Shown here: positions 16,938-27,915 of the stretch, in pieces | Numbering within the stretch: the stretch's first letter is position 1 | Layout of the letters: every line of letters begins with the position of its first letter | NCBI GenBank assembly: GCA_028872875.1 | Contig: JAGWOC010000009.1 | Span: 1,806-65,805, forward strand | Direction of reading: 5' to 3' | Source: Chloroflexota bacterium | Lineage (GTDB): Bacteria; Chloroflexota; Dehalococcoidia; DSTF01; JACRBR01 | DNA: 64,000 nucleotides | The notes under the pieces: model-generated | Told to the model about the DNA's origin: nothing | Database searches by the model: none | What the model saw: only the letters and a program-made list of their open reading frames with translations | Made by a program: the position numbers and the translations under genes

Positions 16938-18638
16938 ATGACCAGGATGAAGGGCGCAGACATCATCATGGAGTGCCTCCGCAAGGAGGGAGTCGAGATC
17001 ATCTTCGGCTACCCCGGCGGCGCCAACCTCCCGATGTACGACGCGCTGCATAAGTACCCCGATATCCGCCACGTGCTCGTGCGGCACGAGCAGGCGGCCG
17101 CGCACGCCGCCGATGCCTACGCCCGCGTCAGCGGTAAGGCCGGCGTCTGCTGGTCGACGTCCGGCCCCGGCGCCACCAACCTCGTCACCGGCATTGCCAA
17201 CGCCTGGATGGACTCCGTGCCGCTGGTGTGCATCACCGGCCAGGTGGTCTCGTGGCTGCTCGGCCGTGATGGCTTCCAGGAGGCCGACATTACCGGCATC
17301 ACGATCCCGATCACGAAGCACAACACGATCGTGCTCGATGTCGAGGACATCGCTCCAGCGATCGCCGAGGCGTTCCACATCGCGACGACGGGCCGCCCGG
17401 GTCCGGTGCTCGTCGACATCCCGCGCGACGTGCAGCAGGCGACCTGCGAGTTCGACTACCCCGAGAAGGTGGAGCTGGCGGGCTACCAGCCGACGGTCGT
17501 CGGCCATCCGCAGCAGGTGAAGAAGGCGGCGCAGCTCATCGCGGAGTCGGAACGGCCGCTGATCCTCGCCGGGCACGGCGTCGTCATCGCGCGTGCCGCG
17601 GAGGCGCTGCGCGAGGTCGCCGAGAAGGCGCAGATCCCGGTGATCACGACGCTGCTTGGCATCGGCGGCTTCCCCGGCTCGCACGAGCTGTACCAGGGGA
17701 TGCCGGGCATGCACGGCATGTACTGGAACAACATCGCGATCCAGGAGGCGGACCTGGTGATCGCCGCAGGCATGCGGTTCGATGACCGCGTGACGGGCGC
17801 GCTGAAGGACTTCGCCCCGAACGCCAGAATCGTCCACATCGACGTCGACCCGGCCGAAATCGGCAAGAACGTGAAGACGATGGTGCCGATCGTCGGTGAC
17901 GTGAAGAACGTGCTCCAGCAGTTGGCCACGCAGATCGCGCCAGGGCGGCACGACGCGTGGCGCCAGCGGCTCGCCGACCTGCGGCGCGACCACCCGTCGA
18001 TCGCCATCCCGGAGACGGACCGTTTGCTGCCGCAGTACGTGATCAAGAAGATCTACGAGCTGTCGGGCCCGAAGGCGTACTACGCGACGGGCGTCGGGCA
18101 GCACCAGATGTGGGCGGCGCAGTTCTTCTGGGGCGACAACCCGTACTCGTTCGTGACGTCGGGGGGCCTCGGGACGATGGGCTTCGAGGTGCCGGCAGCG
18201 ATCGGCGTCCAGTTCGCCCGCCCGCTCGACACGGTGTGGGCGATCTGCGGCGATGGCGGGTTCCAGATGACGATGGAGGAGCTGGCACTCTGCACGGAGT
18301 ACGAGCTGCCGGTGAAGTTCGCCATTATCAACAACAACTACCTGGGCATGGTCCGGCAGTGGCAGGACAAGTTTTACGCGGGGAACAAGCAGTCGGTGCG
18401 CATGTTCCAGCCGGACTTCGTGAAGCTGGCGGAGGCGATGGGCATCACGGGCATGCGCGTCAGTGACAAGGCGCAGGTCGCGTCGTCGATCGAGGCGGCG
18501 CTGCGCCACCCGGGCGCCGTCCTGCTCGACTTCCAGGTGGAGGACGTCGAGGACTGCTACCCGATGATGCCGCCGGGCGTCAGCCTGTCGGACACCATCG
18601 ACCAGCCGCGTATCGAGCAGCCGGACTACGCCCGATGA
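16938..18638 (+). CDS. ilvB: Acetolactate synthase large (catalytic) subunit
   Basis: ThDP/FAD enzyme motifs (GYPGGANLPMYDAL, TSGPGATNLVTGIANA, GDGGFQM); SD GAGGAG 8 nt before ATG 16938. Confidence 0.9.
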   Translation: MTRMKGADIIMECLRKEGVEIIFGYPGGANLPMYDALHKYPDIRHVLVRHEQAAAHAADAYARVSGKAGVCWSTSGPGATNLVTGIANAWMDSVPLVCITGQVVSWLLGRDGFQEADITGITIPITKHNTIVLDVEDIAPAIAEAFHIATTGRPGPVLVDIPRDVQQATCEFDYPEKVELAGYQPTVVGHPQQVKKAAQLIAESERPLILAGHGVVIARAAEALREVAEKAQIPVITTLLGIGGFPGSHELYQGMPGMHGMYWNNIAIQEADLVIAAGMRFDDRVTGALKDFAPNARIVHIDVDPAEIGKNVKTMVPIVGDVKNVLQQLATQIAPGRHDAWRQRLADLRRDHPSIAIPETDRLLPQYVIKKIYELSGPKAYYATGVGQHQMWAAQFFWGDNPYSFVTSGGLGTMGFEVPAAIGVQFARPLDTVWAICGDGGFQMTMEELALCTEYELPVKFAIINNNYLGMVRQWQDKFYAGNKQSVRMFQPDFVKLAEAMGITGMRVSDKAQVASSIEAALRHPGAVLLDFQVEDVEDCYPMMPPGVSLSDTIDQPRIEQPDYAR

Positions 18639-19210
18639 GCGGCCGGGTGCACACGATCGTCGCGCTCGTCGAGAACCGCCCCGGCGTGCTCAACAAGATC
18701 GCCAGCAAGTGGCGGCAGCGCGCGTTCAACATCGAGAGCCTGGCCGTCGGGCCGAGCGAAGTGCCTGGCCTCTCCCGCATGACCTTCACGGTCGATGGTG
18801 CGGCGCACGACATCGAGCAGGTCACCAAGCAGCTCTACAAGGTGATCGAGGTGGTGAAGATCACCGACGTCACGGACCAGGGGACGGTGGCGCGCGAGCT
18901 GGCGCTGATCAAGGTCGCCGCAACGAAGGAGAGCCGCAGCGCGATCATCGAGATTGTGGATGTGTTCCGTGCGAAGGTCGTCGATGTCGGGCCGGACTCG
19001 CTCGTGATTGAGACGACGGGCACGGAGGACAAGATCGATGCGATCGTCGCGATGCTGACGCCGTTCGGGCTCAAGGAGCTCGTCCGCACCGGGCGCGTGG
19101 CGATGGTGCGCGGCGGCGCACCGACGGTGACGGCGCCATCGGCGGACGGCGCCGGGCGGCACCACCGGTCGGCGGGCGAGGGCAAGCCGAAGCTGGGAAG
19201 CCTGATCTAG
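18635..19210 (+). CDS. ilvN: Acetolactate synthase small (regulatory) subunit
   Basis: ACT-domain start HTIVALVENRPGVLNKIASKWRQRAFNIESLAVG; overlaps ilvB stop. Confidence 0.9.
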   Translation: MSGRVHTIVALVENRPGVLNKIASKWRQRAFNIESLAVGPSEVPGLSRMTFTVDGAAHDIEQVTKQLYKVIEVVKITDVTDQGTVARELALIKVAATKESRSAIIEIVDVFRAKVVDVGPDSLVIETTGTEDKIDAIVAMLTPFGLKELVRTGRVAMVRGGAPTVTAPSADGAGRHHRSAGEGKPKLGSLI

Positions 19211-19291
19211 CGTGGCGGCGGGAACGCCACATGACAAGCAGAGACTTCGCGCGGGCGAACCAACGCGGATCAGACAGGGGAATGTGAACGT

Positions 19292-20290
19292 ATGCCACAG
19301 ATGTACTACGACAAGGACGCCGACCTCGCGGTGCTCAAGGGCAAGACGATCGGCGTCATCGGCTTCGGCAGCCAGGGGCACGCGCACGCGCTGAACCTGA
19401 AGGACAGCGGTTGCGACGTGATCGTCGGGCTCTACCCCGGCTCGAAGTCGTGGAAAGCGGTCGAGGAATCGGGCCTGCGCGTCGGCAACGTGCGCGAGGT
19501 CGCGGAGCAGTCCGACATCATCATGATCTTGACGCCGGACCAGGTGGCGCGCGAGGTGTATTACCAGCACATCGCGGACGGGCTCAAGGCCGGCAACATG
19601 GTGATGTGGGCGCATGGCTTCAATGTGCACTACGGCCAGGTCCAGGCGCCCGACGACGTCGACGTGACGATGGTGGCGCCGAAGGGCCCGGGGCACCTCG
19701 TGCGCCGCGTGTACACCGAGGGCGGTGGCGTGCCGGCGCTCTTCGCGATCCACCAGAACGCGACGGAGCAGGCGCGGCAGGTCGCGCTCGCGTACGCGAA
19801 GGGCATCGGCGCCACGCGCAGCGGCGTGCTCGAGACGACGTTCAAGGAGGAGACGGAGACGGATCTTTTCGGCGAGCAGTCGGTGCTCTGCGGCGGGGTC
19901 ACATCGCTGGTCAAGAGCGCCTTCGAGACGCTCGTCGAGGCCGGCTACCAGCCAGAGCTCGCGTTCTTCGAGTGCATGCACGAGCTGAAACTGATCGTCG
20001 ACCTGATGTACGAGGGCGGCATGGGCTACATGCGCTACTCGATCAGCGACACGGCGGAGTACGGCGACTACACGCGCGGGCCGGTCGTCATCGATCAGCA
20101 CGTGAAGGAGAACATGAAGCGCGTGCTGGCGCAGATCCAGGACGGGACGTTCGCCAGGGAGTGGATCCTCGAGAATCAGGCCGGCCGTCCAAGCTTCCAG
20201 GCGCTGCGCCGGATCAACGCCGAGCACCCGATCGAGGAGGTCGGCGCCGAGCTGCGCGGCATGATGGCGTGGCTGAAGAAGAGCCGCTGA
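19292..20290 (+). CDS. ilvC: Ketol-acid reductoisomerase
   Basis: [17 protein letters not shown] Rossmann motif and conserved KARI C-domain. Confidence 0.95.
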   Translation: MPQMYYDKDADLAVLKGKTIGVIGFGSQGHAHALNLKDSGCDVIVGLYPGSKSWKAVEESGLRVGNVREVAEQSDIIMILTPDQVAREVYYQHIADGLKAGNMVMWAHGFNVHYGQVQAPDDVDVTMVAPKGPGHLVRRVYTEGGGVPALFAIHQNATEQARQVALAYAKGIGATRSGVLETTFKEETETDLFGEQSVLCGGVTSLVKSAFETLVEAGYQPELAFFECMHELKLIVDLMYEGGMGYMRYSISDTAEYGDYTRGPVVIDQHVKENMKRVLAQIQDGTFAREWILENQAGRPSFQALRRINAEHPIEEVGAELRGMMAWLKKSR

Positions 20291-20514
20291 GGAGCGGCAC
20301 GACACGATGATGCAGGACACGTCCGATCACCGGTGGCGGCCTCAGCGGTGGACCACGCCCCCAGGCGGCGGGCGTGCCGCGCTCACGCCGCGCAGCCCGG
20401 ACGCGCCGGGACTCACACTTCCGCGGCCCTCGTCCGCGCGCTCGCGGTCGGAGGGCCACCCGGAAGCGGGAGATCGGCAGACGCCGCTTGGGCGGTGAGG
20501 ACAGGAGTGCAGCC

Positions 20515-22062
20515 ATGGACAAGGTCATCATCTTCGATACGTCGCTGCGCGACGGCGAGCAGTCGCCGGGCGTAGCGCTGGCGCCCAGCGACAAGCTGGA
20601 GATTGCGACGCAGCTCGCGCGCCTGGGCGTCGATGTCATCGAGGCGGGCTTCCCCCGCACGTCGCCGGGCGATTTCGAGGCCGTGCAGACGATCGCGCGC
20701 ACCGTCAAGGGGGCGCAGATCGCCGGGCTCGCGCATGCGAACCCGGAGGCGGTCGACGACTGCTGGAACGCGGTGAAGGTGGGTGAGGCGCCGCGCATCC
20801 ACGTGTTCCTCTCGAGCTCGGACATCCACATCATGCACCAGCTCCTGAAGGACAAGGAGACGGTGCTCGAGATGGCACGGTCGATGGTGGCCCGTGCGCG
20901 TGGCTACTGCCCGGACGTCGAGTTCAGCCCCATGGACGCGACGCGCAGTGACCGCGAGTACGTGTACACGATGCTCGAGCAGTGCATCGCCGCCGGCGCG
21001 ACGACGGTGAACATCCCGGACACCGTGGGCTACACGATCCCGGAGGAGTTCGCGGATTTCATCCGCGACATTCGCAACCATGTGCCGAACATCGATAAGG
21101 CGCGGATCTCGGTGCACTGCCACAACGATCTTGGCCTCGCGGTGGCGAACTCGCTGGCGGCGGTGCGTGCGGGCGCGCGGCAGGTCGAGACGTGCATCAA
21201 CGGCATCGGCGAGCGGGCCGGCAACGCGGCGCTCGAAGAGGTGGTGATGGCGATCAAGACGCGCCGTGACTTCTTCGGCGTCGAGACGGGCATCATCACG
21301 AAGGAGTTGTACCGGACGAGCCGGCTCGTCGCAGATCTGACGGGCATGGGCGTGCAGCCGAACAAGGCGATCGTCGGGCCGAACGCCTTCCGGCACCAAT
21401 CCGGCATCCATCAGGACGGCATCCTGAAGATGCGCGAGACGTACGAGATCATGGACGCGAACGAGATCGGCTGGCCGACGGGCGGGGCGGAGATCATCCT
21501 GGGCAAGGTATCGGGCCGGCACGGCTTCAAGGCGCGCCTGGAGGCGCTGGGCTACGAATTGACGCAGGAGGAGCTGTCCCGCGCGTTCATGGCGTTCAAG
21601 GAGCTGGCCGACAAGAAGGCCGAAGTCGATGATCGCGACCTCGAGGCGCTCGTCGCCGACAAGCTCCGCACCACGGCGGAGCTGTACCGGCTGGACTTCG
21701 TGCAGGTGAGCTGCGGCGACCATGCGTCGCCGACGGCGACCGTACGGGTCATCGCGCCGGACGGGTCGGTCCGCCAGGACGCGGCGATCGGCACCGGGCC
21801 GGTGGACGCGGTGTATCGCGCCATCAACCGGATGGTCGATGTGCCGAACGAGCTGACGGAGTTCTCGGTCAAGAGCGTGACGGAGGGCATCGACGCCCAG
21901 GGAGAGGTGACGATCCGGATCGAGGCGGACGGCCGAAGCTACGTGGGCCGGGGCGCCGATACGGACATCATCGTGGCATCGGCCAAGGCCTATATGAACG
22001 CGCTGAACCGGATGCTCTCGGTGCGGCGTCGCCAGGATTCGGAGGTGCGGACGAACCCGTAG
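20515..22062 (+). CDS. leuA: 2-isopropylmalate synthase
   Basis: [40 protein letters not shown]-terminal LeuA dimerisation/regulatory domain. Confidence 0.9.
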   Translation: MDKVIIFDTSLRDGEQSPGVALAPSDKLEIATQLARLGVDVIEAGFPRTSPGDFEAVQTIARTVKGAQIAGLAHANPEAVDDCWNAVKVGEAPRIHVFLSSSDIHIMHQLLKDKETVLEMARSMVARARGYCPDVEFSPMDATRSDREYVYTMLEQCIAAGATTVNIPDTVGYTIPEEFADFIRDIRNHVPNIDKARISVHCHNDLGLAVANSLAAVRAGARQVETCINGIGERAGNAALEEVVMAIKTRRDFFGVETGIITKELYRTSRLVADLTGMGVQPNKAIVGPNAFRHQSGIHQDGILKMRETYEIMDANEIGWPTGGAEIILGKVSGRHGFKARLEALGYELTQEELSRAFMAFKELADKKAEVDDRDLEALVADKLRTTAELYRLDFVQVSCGDHASPTATVRVIAPDGSVRQDAAIGTGPVDAVYRAINRMVDVPNELTEFSVKSVTEGIDAQGEVTIRIEADGRSYVGRGADTDIIVASAKAYMNALNRMLSVRRRQDSEVRTNP

Positions 22063-22148
22063 CTTGGGCCGAGCATGAGAAGTAAAGCAAATAGCGTATG
22101 GCCTTGACACATGATGGCTAGGCTTGGTACACTCCCGCGGGAAGGGAG

Positions 22149-22556
22149 GTGATGGTCATGGGGAAGAAACGGGAGCCGCCCGGGGAACCGGTTACCTACA
22201 AGCCGAGCGAGCCGCAGACCCACCAACTGGCCGAGGCCCGGGCCGTGTACCTCGTACCGCCGACGGACGCCGCCGCGGAACCAGCCGAGCGTGGTACGAC
22301 GCGCCTCAGCAGCAAGAACCAGATCACGCTGCCGGTGGAGATCGTGCGCCAGCTCGGGCTGCGCGCCGGCGATGAGATCGACCTGCTGGTCGTGGGTGGC
22401 ACGATCCAGCTCGAGCGGCTGCCGCGGACACCCCGCGAGTGGGTCGAGAAGTACCGCGGAAGCATTGACCTGCCTGGCTGGGAGACCCGGGAGAAAATCG
22501 ACGAGTATGTGCGGGGTGAGCGAGAGAGTTGGACGCGGGACACCGGCGATTCCTAG
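22149..22556 (+). CDS. vapB: AbrB/SpoVT-MazE-type antitoxin (VapB-like) with unusually long N-terminal extension (true start may be internal)
   Basis: SSKNQITLPVEIVRQLGLRAGDEIDLLVVGGTIQLERL swapped-hairpin domain; immediately upstream of and overlapping a PIN-domain gene. Confidence 0.65.
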   Translation: MMVMGKKREPPGEPVTYKPSEPQTHQLAEARAVYLVPPTDAAAEPAERGTTRLSSKNQITLPVEIVRQLGLRAGDEIDLLVVGGTIQLERLPRTPREWVEKYRGSIDLPGWETREKIDEYVRGERESWTRDTGDS

Positions 22557-23032
22557 CAGCGACAGCGGGGTTTCGCACCGTCGCGCTCGATACCAACGCC
22601 TGCATCTACTACCTGCGGGGGGAGCCGCGGCTCGCTGATCTTGTCGCAGCGCTGGTAGAGCGGGCAGCGGCGGGATCCTTGAGCATCGTACTGTCGGCGG
22701 TGGTCCAGTTGGAGTTGCTCGTGCGGCCGTATCAGATGGGCGATCCCGTGCTGATCCGGCGCGTGCTGCAGTTCACCGAGCGGCACGCGGGAATATTGAC
22801 CTCCCCGATCACGCGGGATGTTGTGCTGGTGACGGCCCAGATCCGCGCGGTGCTGCGCCTCAAGGCACCGGACGCGTTGATTGCGGGCTCGGCGAGCGTC
22901 TGCGGCGCGGAGGCGGTGATAGGAAACGATGCTGACTTTGAGCGCCTGAACCAGGGCACCGGTATCAGGCTCATGACGGGCGCGCGCCGCCACGCGCTGC
23001 CGGCGTTCGTGCGGCTGGACGAATTTCTGTAG
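22529..23032 (+). CDS. vapC: PIN-domain ribonuclease toxin (VapC-like); apparent TTG start overlapping vapB by 28 nt
   Basis: [12 protein letters not shown] (first acidic residue), downstream conserved D/E positions (LVTAQIRAV...DALIAGSA...IGNDADF). Confidence 0.7.
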   Translation: MDAGHRRFLAATAGFRTVALDTNACIYYLRGEPRLADLVAALVERAAAGSLSIVLSAVVQLELLVRPYQMGDPVLIRRVLQFTERHAGILTSPITRDVVLVTAQIRAVLRLKAPDALIAGSASVCGAEAVIGNDADFERLNQGTGIRLMTGARRHALPAFVRLDEFL

Positions 23033-23051
23033 GGAAGACTGCGAGCGGCGC

Positions 23052-24458
23052 ATGGGCAAGACGACGTCGGAGAAGATCTGGGATCGGCACCTGGTGCGGA
23101 GCGGGGACGGCACGCCGGATCTCCTCTACATCGACCTCCACCTCGTCCACGAAGTCACGTCGGCGCAGGCGTTCGAGGGGCTGCGGCTCGCCGGACGGCG
23201 CGTGCGCCGGCCCGAGCTGACGCTGGCCACGGTGGACCATAACGTGCCGACGAAGGACCGCGACCGCGAGTGGCCGGACCCCCTCTCCACGCGACAGGTG
23301 GAGACCCTCCGGTCCAACTGTGAGGAGTTTGGTGTGCCGATGTTCGGCGTGCGAGACATGCGCCAGGGGATCGTGCACATCATCGGTCCGGAGCAGGGGT
23401 TGACGCAGCCCGGCATGACGATTGTCTGCGGCGACAGTCACACCTCGACGCACGGCGCGTTCGGCGCGCTGGCGATCGGCATCGGCACGTCCGAAGTCGA
23501 GCACGTGCTCGCGACGCAGACGCTGCCGCAGGCCCGGCCGAAGACGATGGCGGTCGAGGTCGGCGGCGAGCTGCCGCTCGGGGTGACCGCCAAGGACGTG
23601 ATCCTGGCGATCATCCGCAGGATCGGCGTCTCCGGCGGCATCGGCCACGTGGTCGAGTACCGGGGCGACGTCATCCGTCATCTGTCGATGGAAGGGCGGA
23701 TGACGGTCTGCAACATGTCGATCGAGGGCGGGGCCCGTGCCGGGCTCGTCGCCCCGGACGACACGACATTCGCCTACGTGGAGGGCCGCCCCTTCGCTCC
23801 TCAGGGCGCTGACTGGGAGCGCGCGCTGGACGCGTGGCGCGCGCTGCCCAGTGACGACGATGCGACGTTTGATACGACCGTCAGCCTGCGCGGCGAGGAG
23901 ATCGAGCCGTCCGTAACCTGGGGTACCACGCCCGCGCAGAGTGTGCCCGTGACGGGGCGCGTGCCCGACCCCGCGAGTTTCGATGACCCGCGCGCCCGGG
24001 AGCTGGCCGAGCGCTCGCTCGCCTATATGGATCTGCGACCGGGCACCGCCATGGAGGACATCCCGCTCGACCGCGTATTTCTCGGGTCGTGCACGAACGC
24101 CCGCATTGAGGACTTGCGCGCGGCCGCCGCGGTCGTGCGGGGGCGCAGGGTCGCGCAGACGGTCCGGGCGATGGTGGTGCCGGGCTCGGGGCTGGTAAAG
24201 GCGCAGGCGGAGCAGGAGGGGCTGGACCGGGTGTTTATCGCTGCCGGCTTCGAGTGGCGCGACGCCGGCTGCTCGATGTGTCTCGGCATGAATCCAGACA
24301 TCCTGATGCCGGGCGAGCGCTGCGCTTCAACATCGAACAGGAACTTCGAGGGGCGCCAGGGGCCCGGCGGGCGTACGCACCTGGTGAGCCCGCAGATGGC
24401 GGCTGCGGCGGCGATCGCCGGGCACTTCGTCGACATCCGTACGTGGAGGCAGGACTGA
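23052..24458 (+). CDS. leuC: 3-isopropylmalate dehydratase large subunit
   Basis: Aconitase-family motifs, Fe-S Cys ligands ([26 protein letters not shown]). Confidence 0.95.
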   Translation: MGKTTSEKIWDRHLVRSGDGTPDLLYIDLHLVHEVTSAQAFEGLRLAGRRVRRPELTLATVDHNVPTKDRDREWPDPLSTRQVETLRSNCEEFGVPMFGVRDMRQGIVHIIGPEQGLTQPGMTIVCGDSHTSTHGAFGALAIGIGTSEVEHVLATQTLPQARPKTMAVEVGGELPLGVTAKDVILAIIRRIGVSGGIGHVVEYRGDVIRHLSMEGRMTVCNMSIEGGARAGLVAPDDTTFAYVEGRPFAPQGADWERALDAWRALPSDDDATFDTTVSLRGEEIEPSVTWGTTPAQSVPVTGRVPDPASFDDPRARELAERSLAYMDLRPGTAMEDIPLDRVFLGSCTNARIEDLRAAAAVVRGRRVAQTVRAMVVPGSGLVKAQAEQEGLDRVFIAAGFEWRDAGCSMCLGMNPDILMPGERCASTSNRNFEGRQGPGGRTHLVSPQMAAAAAIAGHFVDIRTWRQD

Positions 24459-25063
24459 TGGAGCCGTTCAGGAAGGTGCGCGGGAAGGTGCTGCCGCTCG
24501 ACCGCGCCGACGTCGACACTGACCAGATCATCCCGGCGAAGTATCTGAAGCGCATCGAGCGCACGGGGTTCGGCCAGTTCGCGTTCGATGCGTGGCGGAA
24601 GGATCCGGCGTTCGTGCTGAACGACCGGCGCTACGATGGAGCGCAGATCCTGGTGACGGGTCCGAACTTCGGCTGTGGCTCGTCGCGCGAGCATGCGCCG
24701 TGGGCGCTCCAGGACATGGGGCTGCGGGCAATCATCGCGCCGTCGTTCGCGGATATCTTTCGCAACAACTGCGCGAAGATTGGCCTGCTGACGGTCGTCC
24801 TGCCGCAGCAGGAGGTCGACCGCATCATCGCGCGCGCCGAAGACGCGCCGGGGTTCGAGGCCGAGGTCGACCTGGAAGCACAGACCGTGTCGCTGGGCGA
24901 TGCGCGGCCGCCGCGGCACTTCGACATCGACCCGTTTGTGAAGCACTGCCTGCTCGAAGGGCTCGACGATATCAGCCTGACGCTGAAGGTGGGCGCCGCC
25001 ATCGCGGCGTTCGAGTCAAAGCGGCCGCCATTCCTGCCAACAACCACCGCTGCGCGCGGCTAG
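24458..25063 (+). CDS. leuD: 3-isopropylmalate dehydratase small subunit
   Basis: [31 protein letters not shown]...GPNFGCGSSREHAPWAL; ATGA overlap with leuC stop. Confidence 0.9.
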   Translation: MEPFRKVRGKVLPLDRADVDTDQIIPAKYLKRIERTGFGQFAFDAWRKDPAFVLNDRRYDGAQILVTGPNFGCGSSREHAPWALQDMGLRAIIAPSFADIFRNNCAKIGLLTVVLPQQEVDRIIARAEDAPGFEAEVDLEAQTVSLGDARPPRHFDIDPFVKHCLLEGLDDISLTLKVGAAIAAFESKRPPFLPTTTAARG

Positions 25064-25163
25064 CACCGCCGCGGCCAGGTGCGGCGCACGCAGCAGCGCC
25101 GGCCCGGTGGGAGGGTGCCGAGCCGGCGCGTGGCCGCCTTCAATGCGGGGCGCGTAACGGGTG

Positions 25164-26300
25164 TCAGGCCGTCGTGCCCCAGGCCTGCAACGTCGCCGTC
25201 AACTGGATGGTCTTTCCGTCGCGGTGGACGGTAAGCGTCACCTTGTCGCCGACGCTCTTGCTGTCGATGTAGTTCGCGAGAGCGTCGAAGGTCTTCATCG
25301 GCTTGCCGTCGATCGCCGTGATGACGTCGCCGTTGCCGTTCGACGCGCCCCGCAACCCCGCCTGTTCCGCCGCGCTGCCCGGCGCCACCGTGACGACCGC
25401 TATCCCGTACGGCACGCCGAGGCTCTTGGCGTCACTCGGCGAAAGCGTCCGCCCCGCCAGCCCGAGCTGCGGGTGCGCGATCGCCGCGCCCGTCATGAGC
25501 TGCTGCATGAAGCGCTTCGGTGTGTTGATCGGCACGGCGTAGGCGACGCCCGCGAACGTGGTGCCGCCGGGGTTCTCGATCGCCGTGTTGACGCCGATCA
25601 CCTGGCCCTGCATGTTGATGAGCGCGCCGCCGGAGTTGCCCGGGTTGACGGCGGCATCGGTTTGCAGCAGGCCGCGGAGCGGCCGGCCGCTGGAGCTAGA
25701 GGAAAGCGTCCGGTCGAGGCCGCTGATCACACCGGTCGTGAAGGTGCCTTCGAGTCCAAACGGGTTCCCGATCGCGGCGACGACGTTCCCCACCTTGACC
25801 GTGCTCGAGTCGCCGAGCGTGGCCGGGTGCAGCTCGCTGGCGTTGACCGACGCCTTGATCACCGCCATGTCGTTGCCGGGATCCGTACCGACGACGCTGG
25901 CCTGGGCGGTCGTGCCGTCGGAGAACGTGACCTCGACGGAGCTGGACCCCCGCACGACGTGGTAGTTGGTGAGGATGTGGCCGCTTGTGTCGAGGACGAT
26001 GCCCGACCCCAGCCCCTGTGCCTGCTGCGAGAAGGGCGTGCTCCCCGCGGTGCCCGTCGTGATCTCGACAATCGACGGGCGCACCGCCGTGTAGAGGGCG
26101 GAGAAGTCTCCCGGTGCGGTCGCGAGGTTGGCCGCCGACGAGTTTGAGCTCACCGGGATCGCCGCGCTCCCGGATGTCGCTGCGGTGGTCGCCGCCGGGC
26201 TGCTGCTCCCGCCGCGCCAGTAGTTGACCGCGGCCACCGCGCCAGCGCCAATCAGCACGCTGACCACGATGACCGCGAGGACGCTTGTGAATCGCTTCAT
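25164..26300 (-). CDS. htrA: HtrA/DegP-family trypsin-like serine protease with PDZ domain, N-terminal TM anchor
   Basis: Catalytic triad context TNYHVV, GNDMAVIK, GNSGGAL; C-terminal PDZ (VTAIDGKPMKTFDALANY). Confidence 0.85.
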   Translation of the reverse strand: MKRFTSVLAVIVVSVLIGAGAVAAVNYWRGGSSSPAATTAATSGSAAIPVSSNSSAANLATAPGDFSALYTAVRPSIVEITTGTAGSTPFSQQAQGLGSGIVLDTSGHILTNYHVVRGSSSVEVTFSDGTTAQASVVGTDPGNDMAVIKASVNASELHPATLGDSSTVKVGNVVAAIGNPFGLEGTFTTGVISGLDRTLSSSSSGRPLRGLLQTDAAVNPGNSGGALINMQGQVIGVNTAIENPGGTTFAGVAYAVPINTPKRFMQQLMTGAAIAHPQLGLAGRTLSPSDAKSLGVPYGIAVVTVAPGSAAEQAGLRGASNGNGDVITAIDGKPMKTFDALANYIDSKSVGDKVTLTVHRDGKTIQLTATLQAWGTTA

Positions 26301-26421
26301 GTGGTTCTCCCGGCCCCCCGTGCCTGTCGTTGGCGCCAGATTGAGCGCCGCTTCCAGTATGGACGATCAACCTTCCGGGGGGTGCTTCCGAGATGTTACG
26401 GGGTACCGGCGTCCGGCGGCG

Positions 26422-27633
26422 CTACCCCCAGCGCGGCTGGAACTCCATCGGGATGCCGAGTGCGGTCTTGCCGATGAGCTCCTTCGCCACGTCGTTCGTC
26501 ATGGGGTGGAAGGGGCCCGCGCGCACGTCGCGGTAGAAGCGCTGCATGGGATGGCGGCGGAAGATGCCCGGCGCGCCCACGATGCCCATCGCCTGCTCGA
26601 CGATGCGCACGGCGGCGTTCGTCGCCAGGTACTTCATGAGGACGATCCGCGCGAGGTCATCGCGCTCCCGCAGACCGCCCTCGGTCCACTCCCGCACGGT
26701 CTGGCGCACGAGGGCGCGTGCGGCCGCCAGCTCGACTTCGATGTCGGCCGCGTGGAACTGCACCCCCGGGAAGTGGCTGATCGGCCGCTCGAAGAGCACC
26801 GGCCGGCGCGTCTTCGCCCAGTCGTACGCAAAGTCGCGCGCGGCGGTGGCGATCCCGAGGTAGACCGACGCGACCGTACCGCAGAACCACGAGAGGATGA
26901 TGTTGGCGCCGACGTCCGTGTCGCCCGGCTGCCGCATGGCGACGAGCGCCTGTTCCGGCACCCAGGCGTCCTTGATCACGAGGTCGTGGCTCGCCGTCGC
27001 CCGCATCGACATCGTGTCCCAGGTCTCGATGATCTCGATCCCCGGTGTAGCGCGCGGCACGGTGAACATGCCGATGACCGGCTTGCCGTCGGCGTCCGTT
27101 GTGGAGGTGTTGATGGCGAAGAAGTCGATGATCGGCGCCATGGACGTGAACGTCTTGCGGCCGTTGAGCACGAAGCCGGGCACGCCCTCGTGCTCCTGGC
27201 GCACGGCGGTGGTGGTCGGGAAGCCCCAGTTGCCACCGATCTCCGCTTCGGTGAAGCCGCCGCCGATGATCCAGTGCTGCTGCGCGAGCATGCCGGCCAG
27301 CAGCATGGCCTGCGGGTTGGTCATCCCCACCTGCTCCGCCATGGAGCCGACGGCGAAGAGGTGCATGTTGACCGCCAGTGCGGTCGATGCGTCGCCCTGG
27401 GCGAGGCGCTCCTGGCAGAGGCAGAGGTCGAGGAGGGTGCCGCCGAGGCCACCGACTTCCTCCGGGATGGGAAGCGATGTGTAGTTCTCCCGCTTCATCG
27501 CCTCGAAGTTCTCGAACGGAAAGGTGTTCTCGCGGTCGTGCTCGTCGGCGCGGGTGGCGAAGTCGTCGGCGAGGCGCCCGGCGAGGTCGAGGAGGCGCCG
27601 CGAGCGCTGCGTGGCGGACGTGGTAGAGGTCAT
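26422..27633 (-). CDS. Acyl-CoA dehydrogenase family protein
   Basis: ACAD three-domain architecture; start MTSTTSATQRS; upstream ORF extension judged non-coding. Confidence 0.85.
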   Translation of the reverse strand: MTSTTSATQRSRRLLDLAGRLADDFATRADEHDRENTFPFENFEAMKRENYTSLPIPEEVGGLGGTLLDLCLCQERLAQGDASTALAVNMHLFAVGSMAEQVGMTNPQAMLLAGMLAQQHWIIGGGFTEAEIGGNWGFPTTTAVRQEHEGVPGFVLNGRKTFTSMAPIIDFFAINTSTTDADGKPVIGMFTVPRATPGIEIIETWDTMSMRATASHDLVIKDAWVPEQALVAMRQPGDTDVGANIILSWFCGTVASVYLGIATAARDFAYDWAKTRRPVLFERPISHFPGVQFHAADIEVELAAARALVRQTVREWTEGGLRERDDLARIVLMKYLATNAAVRIVEQAMGIVGAPGIFRRHPMQRFYRDVRAGPFHPMTNDVAKELIGKTALGIPMEFQPRWG

Positions 27634-27879
27634 TGCGGCTCCCTGGACTGATGGTGGTCTACGGGACAGTGTACGGAGCGCGGCTGCGTGGAACCATGCG
27701 GCGGCCGTGCCGGGCGCGTCGCGCTCGGCACATGACGGCGCGAACCGCTCATGTCCCGCCGCCGCCCGCTTGAACGCGCGCCCGAGCCGCCGGCAATGGC
27801 GATGCGCCGGCCCGCGTGTATCGCCCCGACCCACAGCGGGTGGCGGCGACGCTGCTGCCAGGGGCTGTCAGGGTGAGGG

Positions 27880-27908
27880 TTGACGCCCGGGCGGGTGGCG
27901 CGGACAAT
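27880..27908 (+). promoter_or_regulatory. Promoter candidate TTGACG-17-GACAAT ending 7 nt before ATG 27916 (possible leaderless transcript for the DinB gene)
   Basis: ttgacg 27880-27885, gacaat 27903-27908, ATG 27916, no SD sequence in between. Confidence 0.3.
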
Positions 27909-27915
27909 CCTGCCC

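Noticed and set aside
16569-18509. 646-aa minus-strand ORF
   Set aside because: Antisense to ilvB, which has unambiguous ThDP-enzyme motifs. Composition is Arg/Leu/His-rich and typical of GC-rich antisense frames.
20291-20514. Possible second leader or attenuator between ilvC and leuA
   Set aside because: The 225-nt GC-rich spacer has no T-box consensus, no obvious terminator with a U-tract and no leader-peptide ORF rich in Leu codons. Nothing supportable.
18626-22110. 564-aa and 565-aa minus-strand ORFs
   Set aside because: Antisense to ilvN/ilvC and leuA respectively; no domain signal.
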